64,000 nt of DNA from Alphaproteobacteria bacterium (GTDB lineage: Bacteria > Pseudomonadota > Alphaproteobacteria > SP197), in NCBI GenBank assembly GCA_964291415.2, contig OZ219920.1, positions 544,001 to 608,000 on the forward strand, read 5' to 3'. The notes under the pieces are model-generated. The model was not told the origin of the DNA. It made no database searches and saw only the letters and a program-made list of their open reading frames with translations. Both the position numbers and the translations under genes were made by a program. Shown here piece by piece: positions 1-9,701 of the stretch. Position 1 is the first letter of the stretch, and every line of letters begins with the position of its first letter.

Positions 1-2112
1 CTCGCCATGGCCCGGTGCGTCGGCCGCGGCGAACGTCGCCGTCGCCGTCGCGCCGGAGATCGACACGCCCGTCGAGTCGTGCGCACTGCCGCCATGGGTC
101 ACGCTGAACCGGTTGTTCGACACGTTCCCCGACGCGCCGGCGGCCGCCAGCGTCTCGTCGAAGACCACCGTCAGCGTCGTGCCGTTCATCGACGCCGAGA
201 CGAACGTCGGACCCGTGGTATCCGCCGCGGTGTCGTTGGTCGCCGTCTTCGTGTCGCCGAAGCCCGTCACCGGGAGCTTCAGGTTGTCCGCGTCCTGGAG
301 CTTGGCGCCGGTCGCAGGCACCGCGTAGGCCACCGTCACCGTGTCGGTGCGCAGCACCGCCTCGGCCAGGGTGAGCGTCACCGCCGAGCCGCTGATTGAG
401 ACCGGGTTGGTGGCCGCCAGGCTCAGCGTGCTCTCGGTCCCCGAGCGCGTCGCCTTCACCGTGAACGCGCTCCCCGCCGGCACCGCGTCCTCGTCAAGCG
501 CCCCATTGAAGGTGATGGTCAGCGCCGAGCCGTTCACCTTCGCCGACGAATACGCCGGCGGCGTGTTGTTGGTCAGGTTGTTAGCGAACGTCCCCTGCGG
601 CACCAGGTTGCCAGCCAAGTCCTTGAGCGCGTTCGCCGAGTTCAAGTCCTGCGGCCCGACATAGGACGCCCGCAAGCGCACTCCGATGTGGCGTACCGCC
701 GTCGCCAAGGTCACGGTCACGGTGTCGCCGGAAATCGAGACCCCCGACGAACGAATGGGGTTGACGAAGTCGTTGCCCCTTACGATCTGAAACATACTCG
801 CCACCGCCGCTGGCGGCAGCACGCTCTCGTCCAGCGCTTCATTGAAGACCACCGTCATCTTCGCCCCGTTGATCGAGGCCGAGACGAACGAGGGCGGTGT
901 CGTGTCCCCGGCGTTGCCCGCCGGCCGGTCGGCGAAACTCGGCAGCTCGTTGTTGGAGCTGTCCTTCAGCACATTGCCGCTGGCCGGCTTGTCGTAGCGC
1001 ACCGTCAGCCGCTCGTCCGCGGCCACCGCCGCGCTCAGCGTCGCCGTCACCGTCTTGTCCGAAATCCCGACCAGCGCGCCCGTGCCGGCGATGGTGCGGA
1101 TCGAGCCCGATTTCGAGGCGGTCACCGTGAACGCGCTGCCCGCGGGCTTCGAATTCGTGTCCAGCGCCGTGTCGAAGGTGACGCTCAGCTTGGTGCCGTC
1201 CACCGTCGCGCTCTTCACCCGCGACGGGAGCACCGTGACCGTCACCGTGTCCTCCTCGGACGACGTCCCGTCATTGACGGTCAGCGTGAAGGTCAGGTCG
1301 GTCTGCATGCTCACCGACGGCGCGATGAACGCCGGCGTCGCCGAACTCGCGTCGTCCAGCATCACCGTCGGCCCGGCCGTCTGCGACCACGCGTAGGTCA
1401 GCCTTGCGGGCCTCGAGCCCGTGCCGTCCAGCGCCACACGCGCCCCGGCACGGACCGTCAGGTCGTCACCCGCGTCGGCCGATAGGCTCAATGCCTCCAG
1501 TCTCGCCTGGGCGATGTCGCCAGCCCACACTCCGTTGTGGCGACTTCGCATTTCCACGCCCACCGTCCAGGTGACGCCGGTCTCCAGGCCGGTCAGCGTG
1601 AACGAGCGTGTTTGGGCGTTGGTTATCTGGCGGACCGGTCTCTCCACGTTCCCGGTGCTCTGTTTCTTTGCGTGGATGTGCCACCGGACGAAGTTCCCTT
1701 GGGGGCCCGTGGTGGCCGGCTCCCAGCGCAACGTGATCTCCCCGACGCCTGGTCCCGGCTCGGCGGTGCCCGTCGGCGCGTCTGCGCAGTTTGGGCAGCT
1801 GGTGCGGTCCAATCCCAGCTTCAGATGCACATGACCCTCAGCCCCTTCGTCATGCGCCTGGGCCGCCCCGGCGCCGAGCAGCAGGGGGAGGACGAGGGCG
1901 GCGGCGAGCGCGCAGGCGGACGCCCGCCAGGCGCGGGCCAGGCGGGCGGGCCGGAAGCCGGAAGGAGGGGGAGAGCGGGAGTGGCGCGCAGGGTCCGCCG
2001 GACGGCGGCGCCCGAGGCTCAGCCGGCCAGGGCGCTCCCGCAGGCGGGCCGGAGCCCGTCCCGAACCTGTCGCAGAGCCCGTCCCGAGCCTGTCGAGGGA
2101 GGCGCCGCCCAC
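1..2112 (-). CDS. Large secreted surface protein/adhesin, N-terminal part (signal peptide, FN3-like, PKD/K319-like, at least 4 SwmB-like repeats); runs off the window edge
   Basis: Hand translation of the minus frame is open from GTG 2112 to base 1 (absent from the ORF track because there is no stop in the window). Signal peptide ALAAALVLPLLLGAGAAQA|HDE; FN3-like EITLRWEP...SFTLTGLETGVTWTVGV; PKD-like ADAGDDLTV...YAWSQTAGP...FTLTVNDG; SwmB-like ATVDGTKLSVTFDTALD...VSISGDTVTVTL repeats. The true start may lie upstream of the SSR (GTG 2267 or TTG 2252). Confidence 0.85.
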   Translation of the reverse strand, partial: MGGASLDRLGTGSATGSGRAPARLRERPGRLSLGRRRPADPARHSRSPPPSGFRPARLARAWRASACALAAALVLPLLLGAGAAQAHDEGAEGHVHLKLGLDRTSCPNCADAPTGTAEPGPGVGEITLRWEPATTGPQGNFVRWHIHAKKQSTGNVERPVRQITNAQTRSFTLTGLETGVTWTVGVEMRSRHNGVWAGDIAQARLEALSLSADAGDDLTVRAGARVALDGTGSRPARLTYAWSQTAGPTVMLDDASSATPAFIAPSVSMQTDLTFTLTVNDGTSSEEDTVTVTVLPSRVKSATVDGTKLSVTFDTALDTNSKPAGSAFTVTASKSGSIRTIAGTGALVGISDKTVTATLSAAVAADERLTVRYDKPASGNVLKDSSNNELPSFADRPAGNAGDTTPPSFVSASINGAKMTVVFNEALDESVLPPAAVASMFQIVRGNDFVNPIRSSGVSISGDTVTVTLATAVRHIGVRLRASYVGPQDLNSANALKDLAGNLVPQGTFANNLTNNTPPAYSSAKVNGSALTITFNGALDEDAVPAGSAFTVKATRSGTESTLSLAATNPVSISGSAVTLTLAEAVLRTDTVTVAYAVPATGAKLQDADNLKLPVTGFGDTKTATNDTAADTTGPTFVSASMNGTTLTVVFDETLAAAGASGNVSNNRFSVTHGGSAHDSTGVSISGATATATFAAADAPGHGE
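2052..2095. repeat. Two tandem 21-bp units GAGCCCGTCCCGARCCTGTCG (REP-like)
   Basis: Units at 2052-2072 and 2075-2095, 1 mismatch, inside the extended N-terminal region of the adhesin ORF. Confidence 0.55.
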
Positions 2113-2146
2113 GGCGTCAGCCGCCGCCGGCGTGCGGACGCAGGAG

Positions 2147-2236
2147 CGGCTCGGCTCGGCTCGGCTCGGCTCGGCTCGGCTCGGCTCGGCTCGGCTCGGC
2201 TCGGCTCGGCTCGGCTCGGCTCGGCTCGGCTCGGCT
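2147..2236. repeat. Pentanucleotide simple sequence repeat (CGGCT)18 = (AGCCG)18 on the adhesin coding strand
   Basis: Directly visible perfect 90-bp tract. Confidence 0.98.
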
Positions 2237-2406
2237 TAATCAGGCGGAGCAATTCTCTACCTGCCACACTGCTGCGGGCATACGGACACCTCCCGCCCGG
2301 CGGTACCAGGCGCCGACGCGTTGCATTCCGGTGCACCGATCTGCAACGGCGTCTGGACTTCACCGGCGATTTCGAAAACTTTAGAGGAGGCCCAAAACCC
2401 CCGTAA

Positions 2407-2425
2407 ATCCTGCCATTTGGGAGGT
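2407..2425. promoter_or_regulatory. Palindromic operator-like site ATCCTGCCATTTGGGAGGT upstream of the adhesin
   Basis: 18/19 identical to the site at 3823-3841. Confidence 0.6.
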
Positions 2426-2515
2426 ATCGAAAGCCCGCCCGAAGCCCGGTCAGGGCGGCGGGAGAAGGGGAGCAGGGGGAGCGCCGGCTGTCGCCGGCGG
2501 ACCCTCGGCGGGCCG

Positions 2516-3661
2516 TCAGCGCCGGGGCAGGGCGTCCACCGCCAGGACCTGGCGCACCAGCTCGACCTGCCCCGACACGCCCAGCTTCCGATAGGCCTGC
2601 TTGGTCAGCCAGCGCGCATAGTCCTCCGACCATCCCGCCGCCGCGGCGATCTCGTTCACCTTCTGGCCCTCGGCCAGCAGCGCCGCCGTCCGGCCTTCCG
2701 ATGGCGACAGGCCGAGCGTCACCGCCACCCGCTGGGCGTCGATGCGCGAACGCCGCGCCGGGTCGACCACCAGCACCAGCGCCGCCACTCGGCGCCCGCC
2801 GAAGTCCGTCGCCCCGTCGCCCACCGGGGTGACGTGGAGCGCCAGCCGCGAGCGGCCCGAGGAACGCTGGACCGTCATCGAGCCGCCGGACGGCGCCTCG
2901 CCCCACAGGTCCGGCAGCGCGCGCCCGAGCAGCCGCCGCAGCCGGCTGCGGTCCGCCGGCAGCCAGGCGTCGAGCGCGCCGTCGCGGTCGATGAGCCCGT
3001 CGCCGCGGCGCAGGATCTCCGCCGCCGGCGCGTTGGCCTCCAGCACCCGCCCGCCGCGGTCGAGCTGCACCACGCCGATGCGGCCGTTGTCCAGCAGGCC
3101 CTCAAGGCCCGACCCCAGGGCTTCCGCCGCCGCCAGCGCCTGGCGGACGCGCACGAACTGGCGGATATGCGGCAGCAGGGACTCCAGGAATTCCACCCGA
3201 TCGGCGTTCCAGCCCTCGCCGTCGCCGGGGTCCCCGACACCCCAGACCACGCTCAGGCCGTCCTGCCAGTCGAGGCGCGTGATGAGTCCGTTCCGGCCGC
3301 CGCGGGCGGACCATCCCTCGTTGTACGCCGCCGACGTCTTCAGCTCCCTCTCGGTGTACATGTCGGGGACGTGGACCAGCGCGCCGACCGGCCACCCCCA
3401 GAGGCGCGGCGGCCCTTCGTCGTGGGGCTGGTAGACCTCGAAATACTCGCGCGCCAGGTCGTGGCGCGTCTCGCCCCGGTAGAGCAGCCGGGCGAAGTAG
3501 ACACGCACCTCGTCGCCGGACCTCTCGCCGACCGCCAGCACGTTGCCCGTGGCGCCGCAGGCCTCTTCGATCTGGGCGGCGGCGCCAGGCCAGCGGGTGT
3601 CGTCGAGGGCGGCCTCATGCAGCGCCGCGAGGATGCGCCCGAAGGCGTCGTCCGGGTTCAC
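2516..3661 (-). CDS. LuxR/CsgD-type HTH transcriptional regulator with GAF/PAS-like N-terminal region
   Basis: C-terminal GLSPSEGRTAALLAEGQKVNEIA...KLGVSGQVELV; PAS-like GVVQLDRGGRVLEANAPA. Start set at GTG 3661 by alignment with the paralog at 36841-37989. Confidence 0.88.
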   Translation of the reverse strand: MNPDDAFGRILAALHEAALDDTRWPGAAAQIEEACGATGNVLAVGERSGDEVRVYFARLLYRGETRHDLAREYFEVYQPHDEGPPRLWGWPVGALVHVPDMYTERELKTSAAYNEGWSARGGRNGLITRLDWQDGLSVVWGVGDPGDGEGWNADRVEFLESLLPHIRQFVRVRQALAAAEALGSGLEGLLDNGRIGVVQLDRGGRVLEANAPAAEILRRGDGLIDRDGALDAWLPADRSRLRRLLGRALPDLWGEAPSGGSMTVQRSSGRSRLALHVTPVGDGATDFGGRRVAALVLVVDPARRSRIDAQRVAVTLGLSPSEGRTAALLAEGQKVNEIAAAAGWSEDYARWLTKQAYRKLGVSGQVELVRQVLAVDALPRR

Positions 3662-3822
3662 GCCGCGGCGCTCCGGCGACGCGTCGCCGCCGGTCCCCGC
3701 CGAACACCGATTTGCCCAACAACGACGCCGCTGCGCATCATTCTCCCCCGGCCGCCGGATCGCACGGCCACCCTTCCGATGCGCCGTCCGGCGAAATCTA
3801 TGGGAGATCGGCCAGCCCAACC

Positions 3823-3841
3823 ATCCTCCCATTTGGGAGGT
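3823..3841. promoter_or_regulatory. Palindromic operator-like site, core CCTCCCA-TT-TGGGAGG, upstream of the LuxR-type gene
   Basis: Perfect 7-bp arms at 3825-3840; second copy at 2407-2425. Confidence 0.6.
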
Positions 3842-4489
3842 TTCGTGAAAATTGCGGGTCGAGAATCATCCTCCGTTTCACGATTTTCCGCCCCCGGACC
3901 GACGGTCGTTCCGCTCGCGCCCGTCACCCGCCGTGCACGATTCGCGCTGTCGAAACACCGCCGTCGACCGCGGGATCGAAGACGCGGCCGGGCGGCCCGG
4001 AAGGACCGCCGCGGCCATGGCGGCCCGCCGGCAATGCGTCGGGACGCCCGTGGAGTCCCGGCCGCAGACCCGCCTGTCGCGGCGCGGCGCAAGCTCCGGG
4101 GTCGCCTGCCGAGCGCGCTCGACAGCGCGCCGCCGCCGGTCATATGCTCATTGTCCGTCACCCGGGATTTGGACAGCGAGACCGGCGGCGACAGGACCAG
4201 GGCGAACCCGGCAGGGCATTGCGTGCCGCCTCTTCTTCGTGACCGTTTCCGGCGGCGTGCCTCCCCGGCTCAGACCGGCAGGTCCGGGCATCTTCCCGGG
4301 CAGGCCGCCTGCGGCGCGGCGCCGACGCCAGCCCGTTTGCAGACACCCTTTCCGGAGGCCGGCTCATGAGTTTGCCCCCCATCGCCCCCGGCGCGGTTGC
4401 CGGATCCGGCCGGCGCAGCCGATGCGACGGGCGACCGTCGTGATCGCGTCGGCGCGCGCGGCGCCATCGCCCGGCGGCAGGGCCCTGCG

Positions 4490-5755
<1,266 letters not shown>

Positions 5756-5843
5756 GGCTCCTCCGCCATCCTCTGACCGCAATCAGGCGTTCGCGCCTGC
5801 CGGGGAGCCGATCACCCACGAGCGACCCTTGCGGCTGCACCCC

Positions 5844-6062
5844 TCATCGCGCCCCCAGCCTGTCCGCATCCGCCGTCGTGGTGGCCCGGCGCCGCGCCGC
5901 CCATGCGTCCAGATCCGACCGGCAATAGCGCACCCGGTTGCGGAAGCGGTGGAACGCCGGCCCGGCGCCGTTCACGCGGTAGCCGTCGAGCGTGCACGGG
6001 CCGAGGCCGAGATAGGCCGCCGCGCGCCTTGTGTCGAAGAATCCGCCCTCGCCGTTGCCCAT
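5844..6062 (-). CDS. Excisionase/AlpA-like small HTH protein, copy 1
   Basis: FFDTRRAAAYLGLGPCTLDGYRVNGAGPAFHRF.NRVRY.RSDLDAW, typical HTH_17/AlpA pattern. Confidence 0.85.
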   Translation of the reverse strand: MGNGEGGFFDTRRAAAYLGLGPCTLDGYRVNGAGPAFHRFRNRVRYCRSDLDAWAARRRATTTADADRLGAR

Positions 6063-6552
6063 GCCGCCCCCCCTTTCCATTGCAGGACGTGCCGGACCCG
6101 CTGCGGCGCCGACCCCAGCGCCTGCTGAGTACGGCACGCCGGCTGAAGCGAGGGTAGGCGGGGCGGCAGGGTATTCAAAGCGCACGATCAGGAGAACCCC
6201 GGCAGTGCTACGCCGACCTGGCAATTGCGCGCGGCTGACGTACCACCTGCTACCGACCAGCTTTCGGGGATTGCCAGTCGGGCGCCCCAGGCTTGTGCAC
6301 CGGGATCACCCGGGGAGTTCGACGCATCGCGACTTGCCACCGCGGCCAACCTCGAACCGCTGTCCCCGGGGCCGGTAGCTTGGGCATCGGCAAGCAGCGA
6401 TTCCGCAGGCGCAATGCGCACCGCGAACCGCATCCTCAACAGCGTTTCGCTCCGGTTCTCTCCGCTCGTGTCAGGAGCACTCGACGGCGCCGCTCGACAA
6501 CTTCCATCGCATCACCGAACATCGACAGCGTACACGAGCTCGGAGGACACCC

Positions 6553-6828
6553 ATGACCCGATCGGAGCTGTGTGCCCGCGCTGCGGCCCGCTCGTCGCTG
6601 TCAAAGGCCGACGTCGCCGCAGCGCTCGGCGCCCTCACTTCCAGCATTGCCGACGCGCTTGCCGAGGGCGAGACCGTCACCGTCGCCGGATTCGGGAAGT
6701 TCACGGTAAGGACCCGCGCGGCTCGCCAGGGGCGCAATCCCCGCACCGGCGAGCCCGTCGACGTCCCCGCCGCCCGGGTGCCGTCCTTCAAGGCCGCGAA
6801 GGCCCTCCGCGACGCGCTCAACCCATAG
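6553..6828 (+). CDS. HU family DNA-binding protein
   Basis: GFGKFTVRTRAARQGRNPRTGE...RVPSFKAAKALRD; GGAGG RBS. Confidence 0.95.
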   Translation: MTRSELCARAAARSSLSKADVAAALGALTSSIADALAEGETVTVAGFGKFTVRTRAARQGRNPRTGEPVDVPAARVPSFKAAKALRDALNP

Positions 6829-6844
6829 CGGGCCGGATCTGTGG

Positions 6845-7230
6845 ACAGCCATCCGGCTCTTGTCGCGGCAGCGCGGACGCGACCCGGCAGCGCCTTCGCC
6901 ACGGCGCCTCGTCGATACGCGACTGCTTGAACGCAGGAATGTTCAGGGTCCTAGCACCCGGCGCATTTCCACCCGGTGGACCCGCTCTGGCCGACAAGTC
7001 CCGATCATGAACATGTCCTGGCTCGCCCGCTGCGGTTTTGACTGGCGACGCGCCACAGAGTCACATTCGGGGCAGGGGGGAGGCGTAGCGATTTGCCCGA
7101 TTGGACAATCATGGGCATGGGCACCGATCCGAAATCATGCTCCGACGTTGAATCCCCACGCACGAGGGTACCCGCTTGCACATTCCATGCGAATGCCATG
7201 AACCAGTCACCCGTACCGGCACACCCGAGG
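6845..7230 (-). pseudogene. Putative heavily degraded integron-integrase (intI) relic
   Basis: Joining frames on the minus strand gives WFMA...DFG...IVQSGK...RAR.VHDRDLSARAG.RVEMPGA...IDE.AVAKA...VRAAATRAG. The order and spacing resemble IntI, including the integron-specific insertion. It is divergent from the attI-like site. By-eye alignment only. Confidence 0.4.
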
Positions 7231-7330
7231 GCTGGATCATGCGTGGTGATCGGTGAGTCCAGGGGTCGGGCATCTCCAGGCGATGATACTGCGCATGGCA
7301 GATCTGCTCGAAACAGGGTCCAATAGCGTG

Positions 7331-7367
7331 TTATCAGGCGGATGTGCCTGATAATCATTGGTTAGAG
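7331..7367 (+). other. attI-like recombination site (first cassette boundary G|TTAGAG)
   Basis: TGATAAT-CATTG-GTTAGAG (L box, 5 nt, R box). GTTAGAG is the exact complement of R'' CTCTAAC at 8091. It is preceded by the inverted repeat TTATCAGGC...GCCTGATAA. Confidence 0.6.
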
Positions 7368-7394
7368 CGCGCAAATTCAATAGAGGATTACGAC

Positions 7395-8096
7395 ATGGCT
7401 AGATGCACCGCACCAGTACGTGGCCATCGCACAGCGAGCGCGGCAGCCAACTGCCCTGCTTGCGGTGGGCGTTATGGCGGCTATAGGGGTTACAGCGGCT
7501 ACGGGTCGTACTCGCCCTCGTCTTACTCTCCGTCGCGTAACCGTGGCAGCGGTCGGAGCGGCGGCGGATCCAGCCGCACGACACAGCCGCGATGGTCGCG
7601 ACCAGGTTCGTCTGTCATGTACACGCCTGCCGAGGTGCGGACGCTTACACCGATCCGTGAAAACGTCGAGAAACGAGCGACGGTGCCCGATCTTCGTGAC
7701 ACCTTCCTTTGCCACGCTTGGGATGATCGGCAAGGGGCTGCCAAAGAGTTGCACGATCATCTTGAGTCTCGAGGCGTTTCCGTTTGGTTCAGCGAGAAGG
7801 ACATCGTCCTCGGTGCGTCGTTGCTTAGGGAAATCGACAAGGGCTTGGCCAACTCCCGAGTGGGGATCGTGCTGGTGACCCCTGCGTTCCTGCGCCGTGT
7901 CGAGGCAGAGGGTATTGCTGACAAAGAGCTTTCGGCGCTCTTGGCGCGTGATCTGCTCGTTCCTATCGTGCATAACACTACGTATGAAGCACTTCGCGAA
8001 GTTAGTCCATTACTTGGCTCGCGCAGTGGCTTGAGCACCGCAGAAGAGCCCATGGCAGACATTGTGGTAAAACTCGCGGAGTTGGTCGCGCTCTAA
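7395..8096 (+). CDS. TIR-domain protein (TIR_2-like), integron gene cassette 1
   Basis: FLCHAWDD...GVSVWFSEKDIVLGASLLREIDKGLANSRVGIVLVTPAFL...KEL; N-terminal CxxC/His motif and Gly/Ser/Tyr linker; the stop overlaps attC R''. Confidence 0.92.
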   Translation: MARCTAPVRGHRTASAAANCPACGGRYGGYRGYSGYGSYSPSSYSPSRNRGSGRSGGGSSRTTQPRWSRPGSSVMYTPAEVRTLTPIRENVEKRATVPDLRDTFLCHAWDDRQGAAKELHDHLESRGVSVWFSEKDIVLGASLLREIDKGLANSRVGIVLVTPAFLRRVEAEGIADKELSALLARDLLVPIVHNTTYEALREVSPLLGSRSGLSTAEEPMADIVVKLAELVAL

Positions 8097-8178
8097 CAAT
8101 GCCTTGCAACCGACCCGCTTTCCGCTACTTCCCTTCGATCATTCGCTTCAAGCGGGCGGCTGAAGGCAGGCGTTATGT
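8091..8178 (+). other. attC site 1 (88 bp)
   Basis: R'' CTCTAAC, stem GCCTT[G]CAACCG[A]CCCGCTT / AAGCGGGCGGCTGAAGGC with two extrahelical bases, R' GTTATGT. Confidence 0.9.
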
Positions 8179-8207
8179 TCTTCGTGAATTCCTCGACATA
8201 ACAAACG

Positions 8208-9086
8208 ATGAATGAGACGGAATATCAACGCCGTATGGCCCAGATCGATGAGTGGGCTAAAGCGCTAGGTTTTGAGCTGGCAGATCTGATCGAACCAAAT
8301 CCGGCAGATGTGATTTATCATTATACAAACTCTAGTGCACTGATTGGAATGCTTGAATCCGGCAAAGTCTGGGCTACGCATGTAAGCCGGATGAATGATT
8401 CGATGGAATATAAAATCGGGATCGAGTTGGTGGAACGATTGGTGCGGAAAAATATGGAAGGCCAGTTGCGTCAATTGTTCGAACGAGCGATATCCAACCT
8501 TGTGTCCGTAGATACATATATTGCTTGCTACTCATCTGAGGTAAATCAGCTTAGCCAGTGGCGTGCATACGCAGGGCTAGGCGTTGGCTATTGCATAGGG
8601 TTCAAGTCTGGTGATATGGCAACCACAGATGGCAGGATGCCGTTACTCGAAAAAGTCATCTACAGTGAGGAAGTCGCTGAAGCTGTTGTGGTACGCTTGC
8701 TTGGTCGGGTTGAGGAACTCTTGGCAAAAAGTGATTTCGGTGAGGTGGAGGTCGGTTACCTTCTCGGCATGCTGGAAGCAACGTTCAATATCGTGGCATG
8801 TATCATCAAGCATGCGGGATTTAAAGAGGAGGCTGAATACCGCCAGATATACCAACCGTCCATATCCTCGTTGTTGTTGGAAACCAAATTCAGGTCCGGT
8901 CGATATGGTTTAACGCCATATGTTGAGTTTGATTTTCTCAATGAAGGCCGGCTGCCAATTGAGTCGATTACTATTGGGCCATGCGCCGACCCAGATGAAG
9001 AAAATCGCACGCTTGCAGCAATACTGAGTCGGCATGGCTATCAATCTGTCGAACTCCAACAGTCTGGTATTCCTCTACGTGTGTAA
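8208..9086 (+). CDS. DUF2971-family protein, integron gene cassette 2
   Basis: IYHYT, MNDSMEY, CYS...LSQWRAYA...GYCIGF, KHAGFKEEAEYR, ITIGP; low GC relative to the flanks. Confidence 0.88.
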   Translation: MNETEYQRRMAQIDEWAKALGFELADLIEPNPADVIYHYTNSSALIGMLESGKVWATHVSRMNDSMEYKIGIELVERLVRKNMEGQLRQLFERAISNLVSVDTYIACYSSEVNQLSQWRAYAGLGVGYCIGFKSGDMATTDGRMPLLEKVIYSEEVAEAVVVRLLGRVEELLAKSDFGEVEVGYLLGMLEATFNIVACIIKHAGFKEEAEYRQIYQPSISSLLLETKFRSGRYGLTPYVEFDFLNEGRLPIESITIGPCADPDEENRTLAAILSRHGYQSVELQQSGIPLRV

Positions 9087-9113
9087 GATAGAAACAGCAA
9101 TCGTGCAGGACGA

Positions 9114-9173
9114 ATATAACAATTTGCTGCAGCGGACCAGCGTCCCGCTGGCCGCTGAGCACTGTCGTTATGT
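9114..9173 (+). other. attC site 2 (60 bp, 59-base-element-like)
   Basis: R'' ATATAAC, stem GCT[G]CAGCGG[A]CCAGCG / CGCTGGCCGCTGAGC, R' GTTATGT. Confidence 0.92.
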
Positions 9174-9217
9174 GCAGGTAAGTGAGGTCGCAAGGAACAG
9201 GTGCCGGAGAAAATAAT

Positions 9218-9451
9218 ATGTCAAAATCCACATACAGCGTCACAGTCATATATGAAGGTCGAGAAAAGGATTACCGCGATTTCTGGGATCGCAAGATAAA
9301 GGTCAATTCGGACGGGGAAGAGCTTCATCCGGGGCTGGTGGGCTTTACAGAAGTGGTAGAGGCAAAGAATCTAAACGAGGCTATCGCAATCGTACAGAAA
9401 AAGCATCCGGCGCTAATTGTTGCAAGGGACCATTCAGCGAAAGTTGGATGA
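9218..9451 (+). CDS. Hypothetical 77-aa protein, integron gene cassette 3 (no downstream attC seen)
   Basis: Follows attC2 R'; GGAGA RBS; low GC. Confidence 0.75.
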   Translation: MSKSTYSVTVIYEGREKDYRDFWDRKIKVNSDGEELHPGLVGFTEVVEAKNLNEAIAIVQKKHPALIVARDHSAKVG

Positions 9452-9701
9452 TCCGGGTTCTGATTACTTTACGTGAGTCTTTCTGGGGCGCAACTCCCGT
9501 ATGTCGATTGTAACCAACCGATTTATTGAGATTTTGCGTTCGTTTCCGATGGCCTTTGGGGCCGATCGGTGACAAGTGGGGTTTCGGGGTCGGGATTTTG
9601 TCACGGCCGCTCGGTTGCGGGGCCGGAAGCGGGACCGCTCCGCTCGCCGGGTGCGGGTAGGATGTCGTTCTGAACAAACCGGAACCACGGCAGCGCCCTC
9701 C

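Noticed and set aside
2147-2236. Repeat tract as a CRISPR array
   Set aside because: Pure 5-nt SSR with no spacers. No repeat-spacer array or cas gene was seen anywhere in the window.
1537-2406. Plus-strand ORFs containing (ARLGS)n
   Set aside because: Antisense shadows of the adhesin gene and SSR in high-GC DNA.
2321-4369. 682-aa plus-strand ORF (similarly 18287-19966, 36439-38073, 58541-60583)
   Set aside because: Antisense to well-supported genes and carries no recognisable motifs.
8172-8207. GTTATGT...ACATAAC as an empty mini-cassette
   Set aside because: No L boxes or R' follow ACATAAC; it runs directly into the DUF2971 start codon.
9450-9690. Possible resolvase res site or element end related to 13700-13770
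   Set aside because: Only short weak similarity (GTAGGAT...TCTGAA) and no resolvase gene nearby; cannot be supported by eye.
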